A stretch of 32,000 bases of DNA from the NCBI RefSeq assembly GCF_008065095.1, contig NZ_CP042911.1:1-32000 (forward strand), read 5' to 3'. Numbering within the stretch: position 1 is the stretch's first letter; every line of letters begins with the position of its first letter. The stretch is from Gemmata obscuriglobus. Its GTDB lineage: Bacteria > Planctomycetota > Planctomycetia > Gemmatales > Gemmataceae. This document shows, piece after piece, positions 7,760 to 14,897 of this stretch. Below the pieces are notes generated by a model that worked only from the letters and a program-made list of their open reading frames with translations, did not search any database and was not told where the DNA came from. The position numbers were made by a program, and so were the translations under genes.

Positions 7760-8530
7760 TTGAACCGCTCGACGGTGTACTACGAGCCGACCCCGGAGAG
7801 CGCGGAGAACCTGACGCTGATGCGGTTGATCGACGAGCAGTACACGACGTGCCCGTTCTACGGGAGCCGGCGCCTGGCCGCGTGGCTGGGCACCCAGGGC
7901 CACGAGGTGAACCGCAAGCGGGTGCAGCGGCTGTTGCGGATCATGGGGTTGGAGGCCCTGTACCCCAAGCCCAAGCTGTCGGTCGGGTCCGGGCACAAGG
8001 TGTACCCGTACCTGTTGCGGGGCGTGGCCATCGACCGGGTCCATCAGGTGTGGAGCACGGACATCACGTACATCCCGATGCCCACCGGGTTCATGTACCT
8101 GGCCGCAACGATGGACTGGTTCAGCCGGTACGTGGTGGCCTGGCGACTGTCCAACACGTTGGACGGGTCATTCTGCCAGGACATGCTGGAGGAGGCCTTG
8201 GGCCGGGGCAAGCCGGAGGTGTTCAACACGGACCAGGGAGTCCAGTTCACGGCCGCCGCGTGGGTCGGGCGATTGGAGCGGGCCGGGGTCGCGGTGAGCA
8301 TGGACGGGCGGGGCCGGTGCCTGGACAACGTGTTCGTGGAGCGCCTGTGGCGGAGCGTCAAGTACGAGGACGTGTACCTCAAGGGTTACGAGTCGGTGCC
8401 GGCCCTGGAGAGTGGGCTCCGGGCGTACTTCGGGTTCTACAACACCGAGCGGTTACACCAGTCCCTGGACTACCGCACCCCGGCTCAGGTGTATGGCGTC
8501 GGAGCCACGAAGGCCCCGACGAAACAGTAG
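7760..8530 (+). CDS. IS3-family transposase OrfB (DDE integrase core); frame open from 7664, probably made as an OrfAB fusion
   Basis: Motifs LSVRRQCELIGLNRSTVYY, WSTDITYI (D), FNTDQGVQF (D), VERLWRSVKYE (E), YNTERLHQSL. Confidence 0.9.
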   Translation: MNRSTVYYEPTPESAENLTLMRLIDEQYTTCPFYGSRRLAAWLGTQGHEVNRKRVQRLLRIMGLEALYPKPKLSVGSGHKVYPYLLRGVAIDRVHQVWSTDITYIPMPTGFMYLAATMDWFSRYVVAWRLSNTLDGSFCQDMLEEALGRGKPEVFNTDQGVQFTAAAWVGRLERAGVAVSMDGRGRCLDNVFVERLWRSVKYEDVYLKGYESVPALESGLRAYFGFYNTERLHQSLDYRTPAQVYGVGATKAPTKQ

Positions 8531-8549
8531 CGAAGGATAGCAACTTTTT

Positions 8550-8574
8550 GGTCTAGACAATGGGGTCCACTGTA
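8550..8574 (-). repeat. IS right terminal inverted repeat
   Basis: The reverse complement reads TACAGTGGACCCCATTGTCTAGACC, matching the left end as described. Confidence 0.7.
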
Positions 8575-8687
8575 GGTGGTTGTGCGCAGACCGGCCACGC
8601 GGTCAGCAATGCGAGGGTGAGCGGGCAGGTACGGGCGAGAAATCGTGACACGGTTGCTCCCGGAAACGCGAATGGGACCGGCGTCAT
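8575..8687 (-). pseudogene. 5' fragment (start codon plus signal peptide) of the IS-disrupted secreted repeat-protein gene
   Basis: ATG at 8687 gives MTPVPFAFPGATVSRFLARTCPLTLALLTAWPVCAQP, with n-region Arg residues, a hydrophobic core and VCA-Q. It runs into the IS and stops at the TAG at 8555-8553. Confidence 0.7.
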
Positions 8688-8723
8688 TGCACCAGTCCCA
8701 CGAGCATAACCTGATCGGAGCTG

Positions 8724-9080
8724 CTACTTGAGTTTGAAAGTGGCGAACAGATCGGGTGTGTCGGCGTCGGCCCCTTCCATCGCTACCGCTTTCTGTGCCG
8801 CTTCGACCCGCTCCTTGACCCGCTTGAACTCGGCGTCGTACCGCGCGAACAGTTTGTCCTGATCTTCCTTACTTAGCTTCAGCCTGTCGATCTTTTCGGT
8901 CGTCGCCTTGATTCGCTCGAGTGCGGCCTGCTGCTTCTCCTTGGGCTCACGCTTTTCCAGGGTCTCAGCGTAGACGTTCAGGTTCGCAATGAACTCCTTG
9001 ACCAGCGCGTCTGGTCCGCCGCACCCGGTGACACAAAGGAGCAGGGTGCCGATCGCCCCGTAGGCAGCGTATCGTTTCAC
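8724..9080 (-). CDS. Small lipoprotein, coiled-coil-like Lys/Glu-rich body
   Basis: GTG at 9080 gives (M)KRYAAYGAIGTLLLCVTGCGG with lipobox V-T-G-C. The longer track start at 9206 adds an Arg/Ser-rich non-coding-like leader. Confidence 0.65.
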   Translation of the reverse strand: MKRYAAYGAIGTLLLCVTGCGGPDALVKEFIANLNVYAETLEKREPKEKQQAALERIKATTEKIDRLKLSKEDQDKLFARYDAEFKRVKERVEAAQKAVAMEGADADTPDLFATFKLK

Positions 9081-9209
9081 GTCGCGGGTTCTCGTAATGT
9101 GTGCGCGTCGCTGAGCACCGGAACCGGACCCGGCGCTGTGACAAGCGGCACTATACGGCGAACGGCGCGCCACCGCCAACGGCGGTGGCCGGAAAGTAGC
9201 GATCAAGGG

Positions 9210-11780
9210 CTACGGCAGTTTCGCGTCCGGTGGGAGCTTCAACTCGGTTCCTTCGGCGAGCGGCTGGTTCGTGTTCGGGATGTGATCGTTACGGGCGCTG
9301 ATTTCGCGCCAACGCTGGAAATCCCCCATCGTTTCGTAGGCGATTTGTTGCAACGTCCTTCCGCCGCGTGGAACGACGTAAACCCCGCGCCCGCTGGTTC
9401 CGGCGGGCGGCTTGGTCGCAGGAGCGCTCCAGTTTGCGCCGTCTATTGGCGGGGTGGCGCGCGTCCCGTTCGTTCCCCCAGTTGCGGTCGGGAACTGGCG
9501 CTCGAGCACGTACTTGGGTGGAACGTTGACGTACCGCCCGCCCTGGAGCGACTGGCTCTGGTTGTACGACCGGAGCGCCGTCGCGTACTTCTTGCTGTTG
9601 TACCACTCTTGGCTGATCGACTCGTAGGTGTCGCCGTCCTTGACGTGGTAGATGTCCACGTCGTAGCTGGTTTTCGGCGCCCGTTCGGGCACGGTCGGCT
9701 TCACCTCTGTTGTGCCTGCTGCTTTGACGAACGGGATCGTATTACCCGGCTGGGGGGGCGCAGGTGCGGGCGCTTCGAGCGATGGCGGTTTCACCTCTGG
9801 TTGGCCAAGTGGCTTGACACCGCTAGCAGGCCCGACTGCAGGGAAGGGGTTGGAGTCGGGCGCGCTTGGTGCCTTGGTGTCTGGTCCGTTTCGCTCGATG
9901 CTGGCTGGCGGGAACGCCGCGGGGGGAACCGCCACCCCGGCCGGATTGCCCGAAGGCGGGGCCACAGATACGGGATTCGGATTCGGGAGTGGTACCGTCG
10001 GCGTTCCTACCGGAGGAACGCCGACGGTACCTATTGGTGCGGTCATCGCCGGTGGCGCCAGTTGGCCCGGTACCGGTGGAGTGGCGCTCGCGCCGAGTGC
10101 CGGCATTTCAGGAGGCTTCTGCGCACCAGGAGCGCTTGGTTGCGGAGACACAGTGGGACCGCTAGTCGGTCCCGCAGGAAGCGGCGACGGTGGAGCAGGC
10201 GGCAACTCGGGTAGCGTGGGAAGCGGCGGCACAGAGGCCGATGGTCCGGACACGCCTGGCGCGGAGGGCGTCACGGGTGCCGGGGGCGTCACGGGCACTG
10301 GTAACGGTGAAGCCGCAGGGCTGCCCGGCTGTGGCAGCGTGGGTGCGGGAAGTTGCATTCCGGCGGCGCCTAGTCCGGGTGGCGTTGAAGCCGGTGCGCC
10401 CGGAGGCGTTAGGTCAGGCGGCTTCAGCGGATTGGTTGCGCTCGGGGGGGCGAAATCGGGTGGCTTTGGTGAATTGGTTGGACTTGGTGACGGCAGCTCG
10501 GGCAGTTTTGGATCGGCAATCCCGCTCGCAGGCTGCACGGTCTTTTGTGTCCCGCCGGTTACCTCCAATGTCGGTGCAGCAACGAGCGTACCCGCTGAAG
10601 GCGAAACTGGACGTGGGGCGGCTGATGCACCTTGGTCGGGCGGTACTGGTGCCTTCACAGGGTTGATTGCGGTTACAGCGGGTGCTTCGGGGCGACTACC
10701 CGCGGCCGGTGTGACGGGCGGAGGCACTGCTGGGGCTTCGCCGGGTAGCTTTGCGGTTGCAGGCAGCGTGCCCGGAGGGAAAACCCCTGGCGTACGCGCA
10801 GGAGTGTCCTCTGGCTTTGGTAAAGGCAGGGCTGGCAGTGGGGCCGGTGGGCTGTTGGATGACGCATTACCCCCGGACGTGCTGTTGCCGCCGGTGTTGC
10901 CACTCGTGGGCGGTACGGGGGTAGGGGGCGTAAGCTGATTTGATCGGGTATCGCCTCCCAGAGCGTCTTGTGAGGTATCTTTTTGTAGGGAAGACGTGGA
11001 CGTTCCTTTATCGCCTCCGGTCGTTTCGGTTTTCCCGTCCGGCTGCTTTGTTTCTGGTACCGACGGGACTGACGGCTTCAGAGGCTCAGACGGCAGAGCC
11101 TTTCCGTCAGTCTTGGCTTTGGCGGTGTCGGCGGTCGGCGCGTTCTGAGCCGGCGCCAGGAAGCGAATCGCCCCGGCTCCAGTGGCGATGCTGAGAACGG
11201 CGACGCTGGCGGTCAGTTGCTTGCGTGTAAACCGCTGGGTGAGTTTCGTAATGATCCCCACCGCGGGTTCGGCCGGAACAGGCACGCCGGCCGCTGCGGT
11301 GGTGACCGTGGCTGCGGTAGCAATTGCCGCGGCAAGTGGGGGTACGCTCGGGGTGGGCGCGTTCACGGGTTTCGGCGCCTCGACCTTGGGAGTGGGGGCG
11401 GGAGCCGGCTTCGGTTCGACCTTCGGTGTCTCGGCCTTTGGCGCTTCGACTTTTGGCGCTTCGACTTTCGGTGTCTCGATTTTTAGCGCCTCAGCTTTTG
11501 GCGCTTCGACTTTCGGTGTCTCGATCTTTGGCGCTTCGGCTTTCGGCGCGTCCGGCTTCGGCGCGGTGGGTTTCGGCGCCTCGACCTTGGGCGCTGGGCT
11601 GGCCGTGATGGCAGCGGGAGCCGGCGCCGGTGGAGTCGCAGTCAGGGCGGGGGCGGCGGGGGCGTTGAGCAGTGCTTCGACGAGCGATCCGACCCCGGCC
11701 GGCAGCGCTGCGGTGCGAGAGAACGCCGGTTTGCCCGGCACGTCAACGGCGATGGGCTCGGTCATCCGTGACCCCTTCAT
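9210..11780 (-). CDS. Bitopic Pro-rich membrane protein with two C-terminal LysM domains
   Basis: ATG at 11780 (MKGSRMTEPIAV). N-terminal xPKxE pentapeptide array. TM helix LTASVAVLSIATGAGAIRFLA. About 500 aa of Pro/Thr/Ser-rich spacer. LysM-like YHVKDGDTYESISQEWYNSKKYATALRSYNQ...VNVPP and YVVPRGGRTLQQIAYETMGDFQRWREISARND...GTELKLPP. The 1143-aa track ORF over-extends across rsmH. Confidence 0.8.
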   Translation of the reverse strand: MKGSRMTEPIAVDVPGKPAFSRTAALPAGVGSLVEALLNAPAAPALTATPPAPAPAAITASPAPKVEAPKPTAPKPDAPKAEAPKIETPKVEAPKAEALKIETPKVEAPKVEAPKAETPKVEPKPAPAPTPKVEAPKPVNAPTPSVPPLAAAIATAATVTTAAAGVPVPAEPAVGIITKLTQRFTRKQLTASVAVLSIATGAGAIRFLAPAQNAPTADTAKAKTDGKALPSEPLKPSVPSVPETKQPDGKTETTGGDKGTSTSSLQKDTSQDALGGDTRSNQLTPPTPVPPTSGNTGGNSTSGGNASSNSPPAPLPALPLPKPEDTPARTPGVFPPGTLPATAKLPGEAPAVPPPVTPAAGSRPEAPAVTAINPVKAPVPPDQGASAAPRPVSPSAGTLVAAPTLEVTGGTQKTVQPASGIADPKLPELPSPSPTNSPKPPDFAPPSATNPLKPPDLTPPGAPASTPPGLGAAGMQLPAPTLPQPGSPAASPLPVPVTPPAPVTPSAPGVSGPSASVPPLPTLPELPPAPPSPLPAGPTSGPTVSPQPSAPGAQKPPEMPALGASATPPVPGQLAPPAMTAPIGTVGVPPVGTPTVPLPNPNPVSVAPPSGNPAGVAVPPAAFPPASIERNGPDTKAPSAPDSNPFPAVGPASGVKPLGQPEVKPPSLEAPAPAPPQPGNTIPFVKAAGTTEVKPTVPERAPKTSYDVDIYHVKDGDTYESISQEWYNSKKYATALRSYNQSQSLQGGRYVNVPPKYVLERQFPTATGGTNGTRATPPIDGANWSAPATKPPAGTSGRGVYVVPRGGRTLQQIAYETMGDFQRWREISARNDHIPNTNQPLAEGTELKLPPDAKLP
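11415..11594 (-). repeat. 12 consecutive 15-bp coding repeats (xPKxE pentapeptides) with a 45-bp higher-order period
   Basis: Encodes APKVE APKPT APKPD APKAE APKIE TPKVE APKAE ALKIE TPKVE APKVE APKAE TPKVE. 11461-11480 and 11506-11525 are identical 20-mers 45 bp apart. Confidence 0.85.
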
Positions 11781-11793
11781 GTTGATGATTGCA

Positions 11794-11831
11794 GATTTGC
11801 GGTTGAGAGCCTGGACGCTCAATCGCAAATC
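11794..11831. other. 14-bp-stem hairpin in the rsmH to LysM-gene spacer
   Basis: GATTTGCGGTTGAG (11794-11807) and CTCAATCGCAAATC (11818-11831) with a 10-nt loop. One position is G.U on the plus-sense RNA and A.C on the minus-sense RNA. No U-tract on either side. Confidence 0.6.
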
Positions 11832-11842
11832 GAAAATCACAC

Positions 11843-12724
11843 CTACCCGATTCGTGTGGCCGCCCGCAGCTTCGCGCTTCGCGCCCGCGGGTTCCGGGCG
11901 ACTTCCTCGTCCCCGGCCTCGACCGGCTTCTTCGTGAGCGGTCGCCACACGCCTTCCGTTCGTAACACGTGCTTCACCCGCCGGTCTTCGAGCGAGTGGA
12001 AGCTGATGATCCCGACCCGCCCGCCCGACTTCACCACCGTCGGCAGGACGGCGAGCAAGCGGTCGAGCGAACCGAGTTCGTCGTTGACCGCGATCCGGAG
12101 CGCCTGGAACACCCGCGTGGCCGGATCGATGCTCCCCGAACGCGGAACGCAACTTCGCACCACACTTGCGAGGTCCGCGGTGGTCGCGAACGGCCGCTCG
12201 GCCCGCCGCGCCACAATTTTCTTCGCCACCCGTCGGGAGTGTCGCTCCTCGCCGTACTCCCAGAACACGTCCGCCAGCGCGCCCTCGCTCAGCGAGTTGA
12301 CCATGTCGGCCGCCGTGGAGCCGCTCGTGGGATCGAGCCGCATGTCGAGCGGCCCGTCGTCCCGGAAGCTCAACCCGCGCGCCCGCTCGGCGAGCTGGTC
12401 CGAACTGAACCCCAGGTCCGCGAGTACGCCGTCTACCGCGGCGATACCGCGGGCGGCGAGCACTTCGGCCAACTGGTCGAAGTTCGCGTGAACCAGTTCG
12501 ACCGGCAGCCCCGCGACGAGCGGGCGCGCGAGGGCGAGCATGGTCGGGTCCTGGTCCAGAGCGAGCACCCGCCCGGCGGGACCGACGCGCTCGGCGATGA
12601 GCCGGGTGTGCCCGGCGCCGCCGGTGGTGCAATCGACCCACGTCTCGTCCGGCCGCGGGTCGAGCAGCGCGAGCGTTTCGGCCGGCAGCACACTCACGTG
12701 AACCGGCAGGCGGTCGGCGGACAT
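11843..12724 (-). CDS. rsmH: 16S rRNA (cytosine1402-N4)-methyltransferase RsmH (MraW)
   Basis: HVSVLPAETLALL, DCTTGGAGH, ALDQDP, DLGFSSDQL, SFHSLEDRRVK and a C-terminal NPRARSAKLR are all RsmH hallmarks. I prefer the ATG at 12724 over the TTG at 12748. Confidence 0.9.
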   Translation of the reverse strand: MSADRLPVHVSVLPAETLALLDPRPDETWVDCTTGGAGHTRLIAERVGPAGRVLALDQDPTMLALARPLVAGLPVELVHANFDQLAEVLAARGIAAVDGVLADLGFSSDQLAERARGLSFRDDGPLDMRLDPTSGSTAADMVNSLSEGALADVFWEYGEERHSRRVAKKIVARRAERPFATTADLASVVRSCVPRSGSIDPATRVFQALRIAVNDELGSLDRLLAVLPTVVKSGGRVGIISFHSLEDRRVKHVLRTEGVWRPLTKKPVEAGDEEVARNPRARSAKLRAATRIG

Positions 12725-12787
12725 AGGCGCTTTCGGAAACTGGGTCAAGGCGAAGATGTGAGGCGGTTACAAAGGCCGGGCGCGACT

Positions 12788-13201
12788 TCAGCCCTGGACG
12801 ATGTGCGGCGGGTCGGCGTCGTCGGGCGGCGGAAACCGCTGCCGCAGCGCGTTCAAGTCGATCCGCTGGAGGATGTCACACACCCGGTCCAGCGGCCGGT
12901 TCGTGTCCGCGGCCCACTGGATCAGGGTCAGGTTGTCGGCCCCGTCCACCAACCGGGCGGTGACCTCGTCAATCAGCTCGCGGTCGTGGGGGAACTGGCG
13001 GGAGAGGGCGCCGAAGTCCTCACGCGGCATCGACAGCCAGAACCGGCGCCCGGTCAGGTGTGCGAGCGCCCGCCCCCGCACGAACGCCGGCCAGTGCCGC
13101 GCCACCCACTGCTGAATGGCCGCCTCGCCCAGGTCGTACCCGGCCTTCTCGCTCTCGATCCACCGGAACCGCTCGGCTTCTTCGCGGGCGTCGTCGTTCA
13201 T
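12788..13201 (-). CDS. Hypothetical protein (137 aa) in the position usually held by mraZ
   Basis: ATG at 13201 (MNDDAREEAERFRWIESEKAGYDLGEAAIQQWV...). High third-position GC. No family that I can name with confidence, and no SpoVT/AbrB-like MraZ repeats. Confidence 0.6.
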   Translation of the reverse strand: MNDDAREEAERFRWIESEKAGYDLGEAAIQQWVARHWPAFVRGRALAHLTGRRFWLSMPREDFGALSRQFPHDRELIDEVTARLVDGADNLTLIQWAADTNRPLDRVCDILQRIDLNALRQRFPPPDDADPPHIVQG

Positions 13202-13308
13202 GTCGGCCCTCCGGTCGCGCTCCCGGTTCCGGCGTCCGGGTTCCAAGTTTGGAGATCGTGAACCGGGTCGCCGCGCGCAACTTGGAACCCGGAACCGGGG
13301 ACTTTCCG

Positions 13309-14751
13309 TCACCACCGGCTGAGGTTGGCCTGGGCCTTACCCATCAGCTCGGATCGCTTCAAGATCGCGTCGTGTGTGGCCAGCTTGTACAGGTCGCCGA
13401 GCGTCGGGTAGTTGAAGCAGGTGGACAGGAACAGGTTCGCCCCGCCCCCCGTCATCATCGCGGTCAGCCCCACGTGTATCAGCTCCGTCGCCTGCTCGCC
13501 GATCACGTGGACGCCGAGCAGTTTCATCTCCTCGCGGTCGAAGATCAGTTTCAGGAACCCGGTCTTGTCCCCGATGATCTTGCCGCGCGGGTTCTGGTCG
13601 TAGTCGGCGCGGCCGATCACGACCGGGATGTTCTTTTCTTTCGCCTGCGGCTCGGTGAGCCCGACCGAACTCACCTCGGGGATGGTGTAGATGCCGGCCG
13701 GAAGGTACTGCGCGAGCGCTTCCTTCGCCATCGAGCCGAACGCGTGGCACGCGGCGACGCGGCCCTGCTCGTAGCTCGTACTCGCGAGCGCGGGGAACCC
13801 GATCACGTCGCCCACGGCGTAGATGTGCGGGACGGTGGTGCGGAAGTGCTCGTCCACCGGGATCAGCCCGCGCGGGGTCAGCCCGAACCCCGCGGCGGCC
13901 GGGTCGAGGCGGTCCGCGTAACTGGTCCGCCCGGCGCACACGAGCACGTTCGAGACCGTCAGCTCGTTCCCGGACTTGAGTTGCAACTCCACCTCTCCGG
14001 AGCGCGGCGCGTGGCACCGCTCCACCTGCTCCTTCCAGTGGAACACGATCCCCTGCCGCTCCATCGCCTTGGTCAGTGCGGCCGACAGGTCGGGGTCCAG
14101 GAACGGGAGCAGCGTGTCCCGCCCGTCGATCAGGTGGACCCGGACGCCGAGTGCGGCGAACATGCACGCGTACTCGCTGCCGATCACCCCGCCGCCGATG
14201 ACCGCCAGCGACCGCGGGATGCTCGTGATGTACAGCAGCTCGTCCGAGTCGTGGACCCGGGCGTGCTCGAACGGGAACACCGCCGGGCGCACCGGGGTGG
14301 AGCCGATCGCGATGACGATCTTGTCGGCGCGGATGTCGAACGAGCCGCCCGGCGGGTTGGGGCGGGTGACCCGAACCGTGTGCGGGTCCACGAACGAGCC
14401 GGTGCCCTGGTGGAGCATCACCCCGTACCGGTCGAGCAGGGTCCGCATCTGGTGCGCTTCGGACGCCTTCACCACCCGCTCGTGGCGCATCAGGTCTTCG
14501 ATTTTGGCCTGCCGCCGGACCGACACGTCCAGCCCGATGACGGCCCGGGCCTTGGCCCCGGAGATGGCCAGGGCGGTTTCGCGAAGGGTTTTGCTCGGGA
14601 TGGTGCCAGTGTTGACGGCAGCGCCGCCGACCACCGGGTTCCGCTCGACCAGCGCGACCCGCTTACCGAGCAGGGCCGCGGTGTCGGCGGCGGCGAGGCC
14701 GCCGGGGCCGGCGCCGATTACGATCAGGTCGTACTGAAGGGGCTTAGGCAT
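13309..14751 (-). CDS. sthA: Soluble pyridine nucleotide transhydrogenase (class I pyridine nucleotide-disulfide oxidoreductase family)
   Basis: YDLIVIGAGPGG, GGAAVNTGTIPSKTLRE (no CxxxxC redox disulfide, as in SthA), YAVGDVIGFPALASTSYEQGRVAA, GIYTIPEVSSVGLTE, FNYPTL. Close colinear resemblance to E. coli SthA as I remember it. ATG at 14751. Confidence 0.85.
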   Translation of the reverse strand: MPKPLQYDLIVIGAGPGGLAAADTAALLGKRVALVERNPVVGGAAVNTGTIPSKTLRETALAISGAKARAVIGLDVSVRRQAKIEDLMRHERVVKASEAHQMRTLLDRYGVMLHQGTGSFVDPHTVRVTRPNPPGGSFDIRADKIVIAIGSTPVRPAVFPFEHARVHDSDELLYITSIPRSLAVIGGGVIGSEYACMFAALGVRVHLIDGRDTLLPFLDPDLSAALTKAMERQGIVFHWKEQVERCHAPRSGEVELQLKSGNELTVSNVLVCAGRTSYADRLDPAAAGFGLTPRGLIPVDEHFRTTVPHIYAVGDVIGFPALASTSYEQGRVAACHAFGSMAKEALAQYLPAGIYTIPEVSSVGLTEPQAKEKNIPVVIGRADYDQNPRGKIIGDKTGFLKLIFDREEMKLLGVHVIGEQATELIHVGLTAMMTGGGANLFLSTCFNYPTLGDLYKLATHDAILKRSELMGKAQANLSRW

Positions 14752-14897
14752 GGTGCGGCTCGCCGGAGGGTGTGCGGACATGATACCCCGCCGGGGTGCC
14801 GGTGGGCACCTCACGGCCGCACTTCGCCCCCGCCGCGGTTCGGTTCGTGACGTACATTCGGAACCGGGCGGTGCCGCAACCGGTCCGGTGGCCGGCG

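Larger units (their letters stand above)
7337..8574 (+). mobile_element. IS3-family insertion sequence, 1238 bp
   Basis: OrfA (HTH) and OrfB (DDE/rve) are linked by an A9 run. Imperfect terminal inverted repeats: TATAGTGGACCCC versus TACAGTGGACCCC on the reverse complement. GGT direct repeat flanks the element at 7334-7336 and 8575-8577. Confidence 0.85.

Noticed and set aside
7744-8556. A 270-aa ORF inside the IS, in a third frame.
   Set aside because: It overlaps the DDE transposase frame, which has the canonical D, D, E motifs. This frame translates to Gly/Arg/Pro-rich sequence.
7342-8569. Alternative IS boundaries at the canonical IS3-style TG...CA dinucleotides (TGGACCCC...GGGGTCCA).
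   Set aside because: These ends give no flanking direct repeat (TAG versus CTG), and excision would leave the host gene out of frame. Extending by 5 bp on each side keeps the inverted repeat (4 of 5 positions), yields a GGT duplication and restores the frame.
11415-11594. Short tandem repeats that might be mistaken for a CRISPR-like or minisatellite array.
   Set aside because: The 15-bp units are contiguous, have no spacers, are in frame and encode xPKxE pentapeptides inside a CDS. This is not a CRISPR architecture.
9210-12641. The 1143-aa ORF in the track, suggesting one giant protein.
   Set aside because: Its first ~287 aa are Arg/Gly/Ala-rich read-through in an alternative frame of the well-supported rsmH gene (11843-12724). 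The real gene most likely starts at the ATG at 11780, after the rsmH stop.
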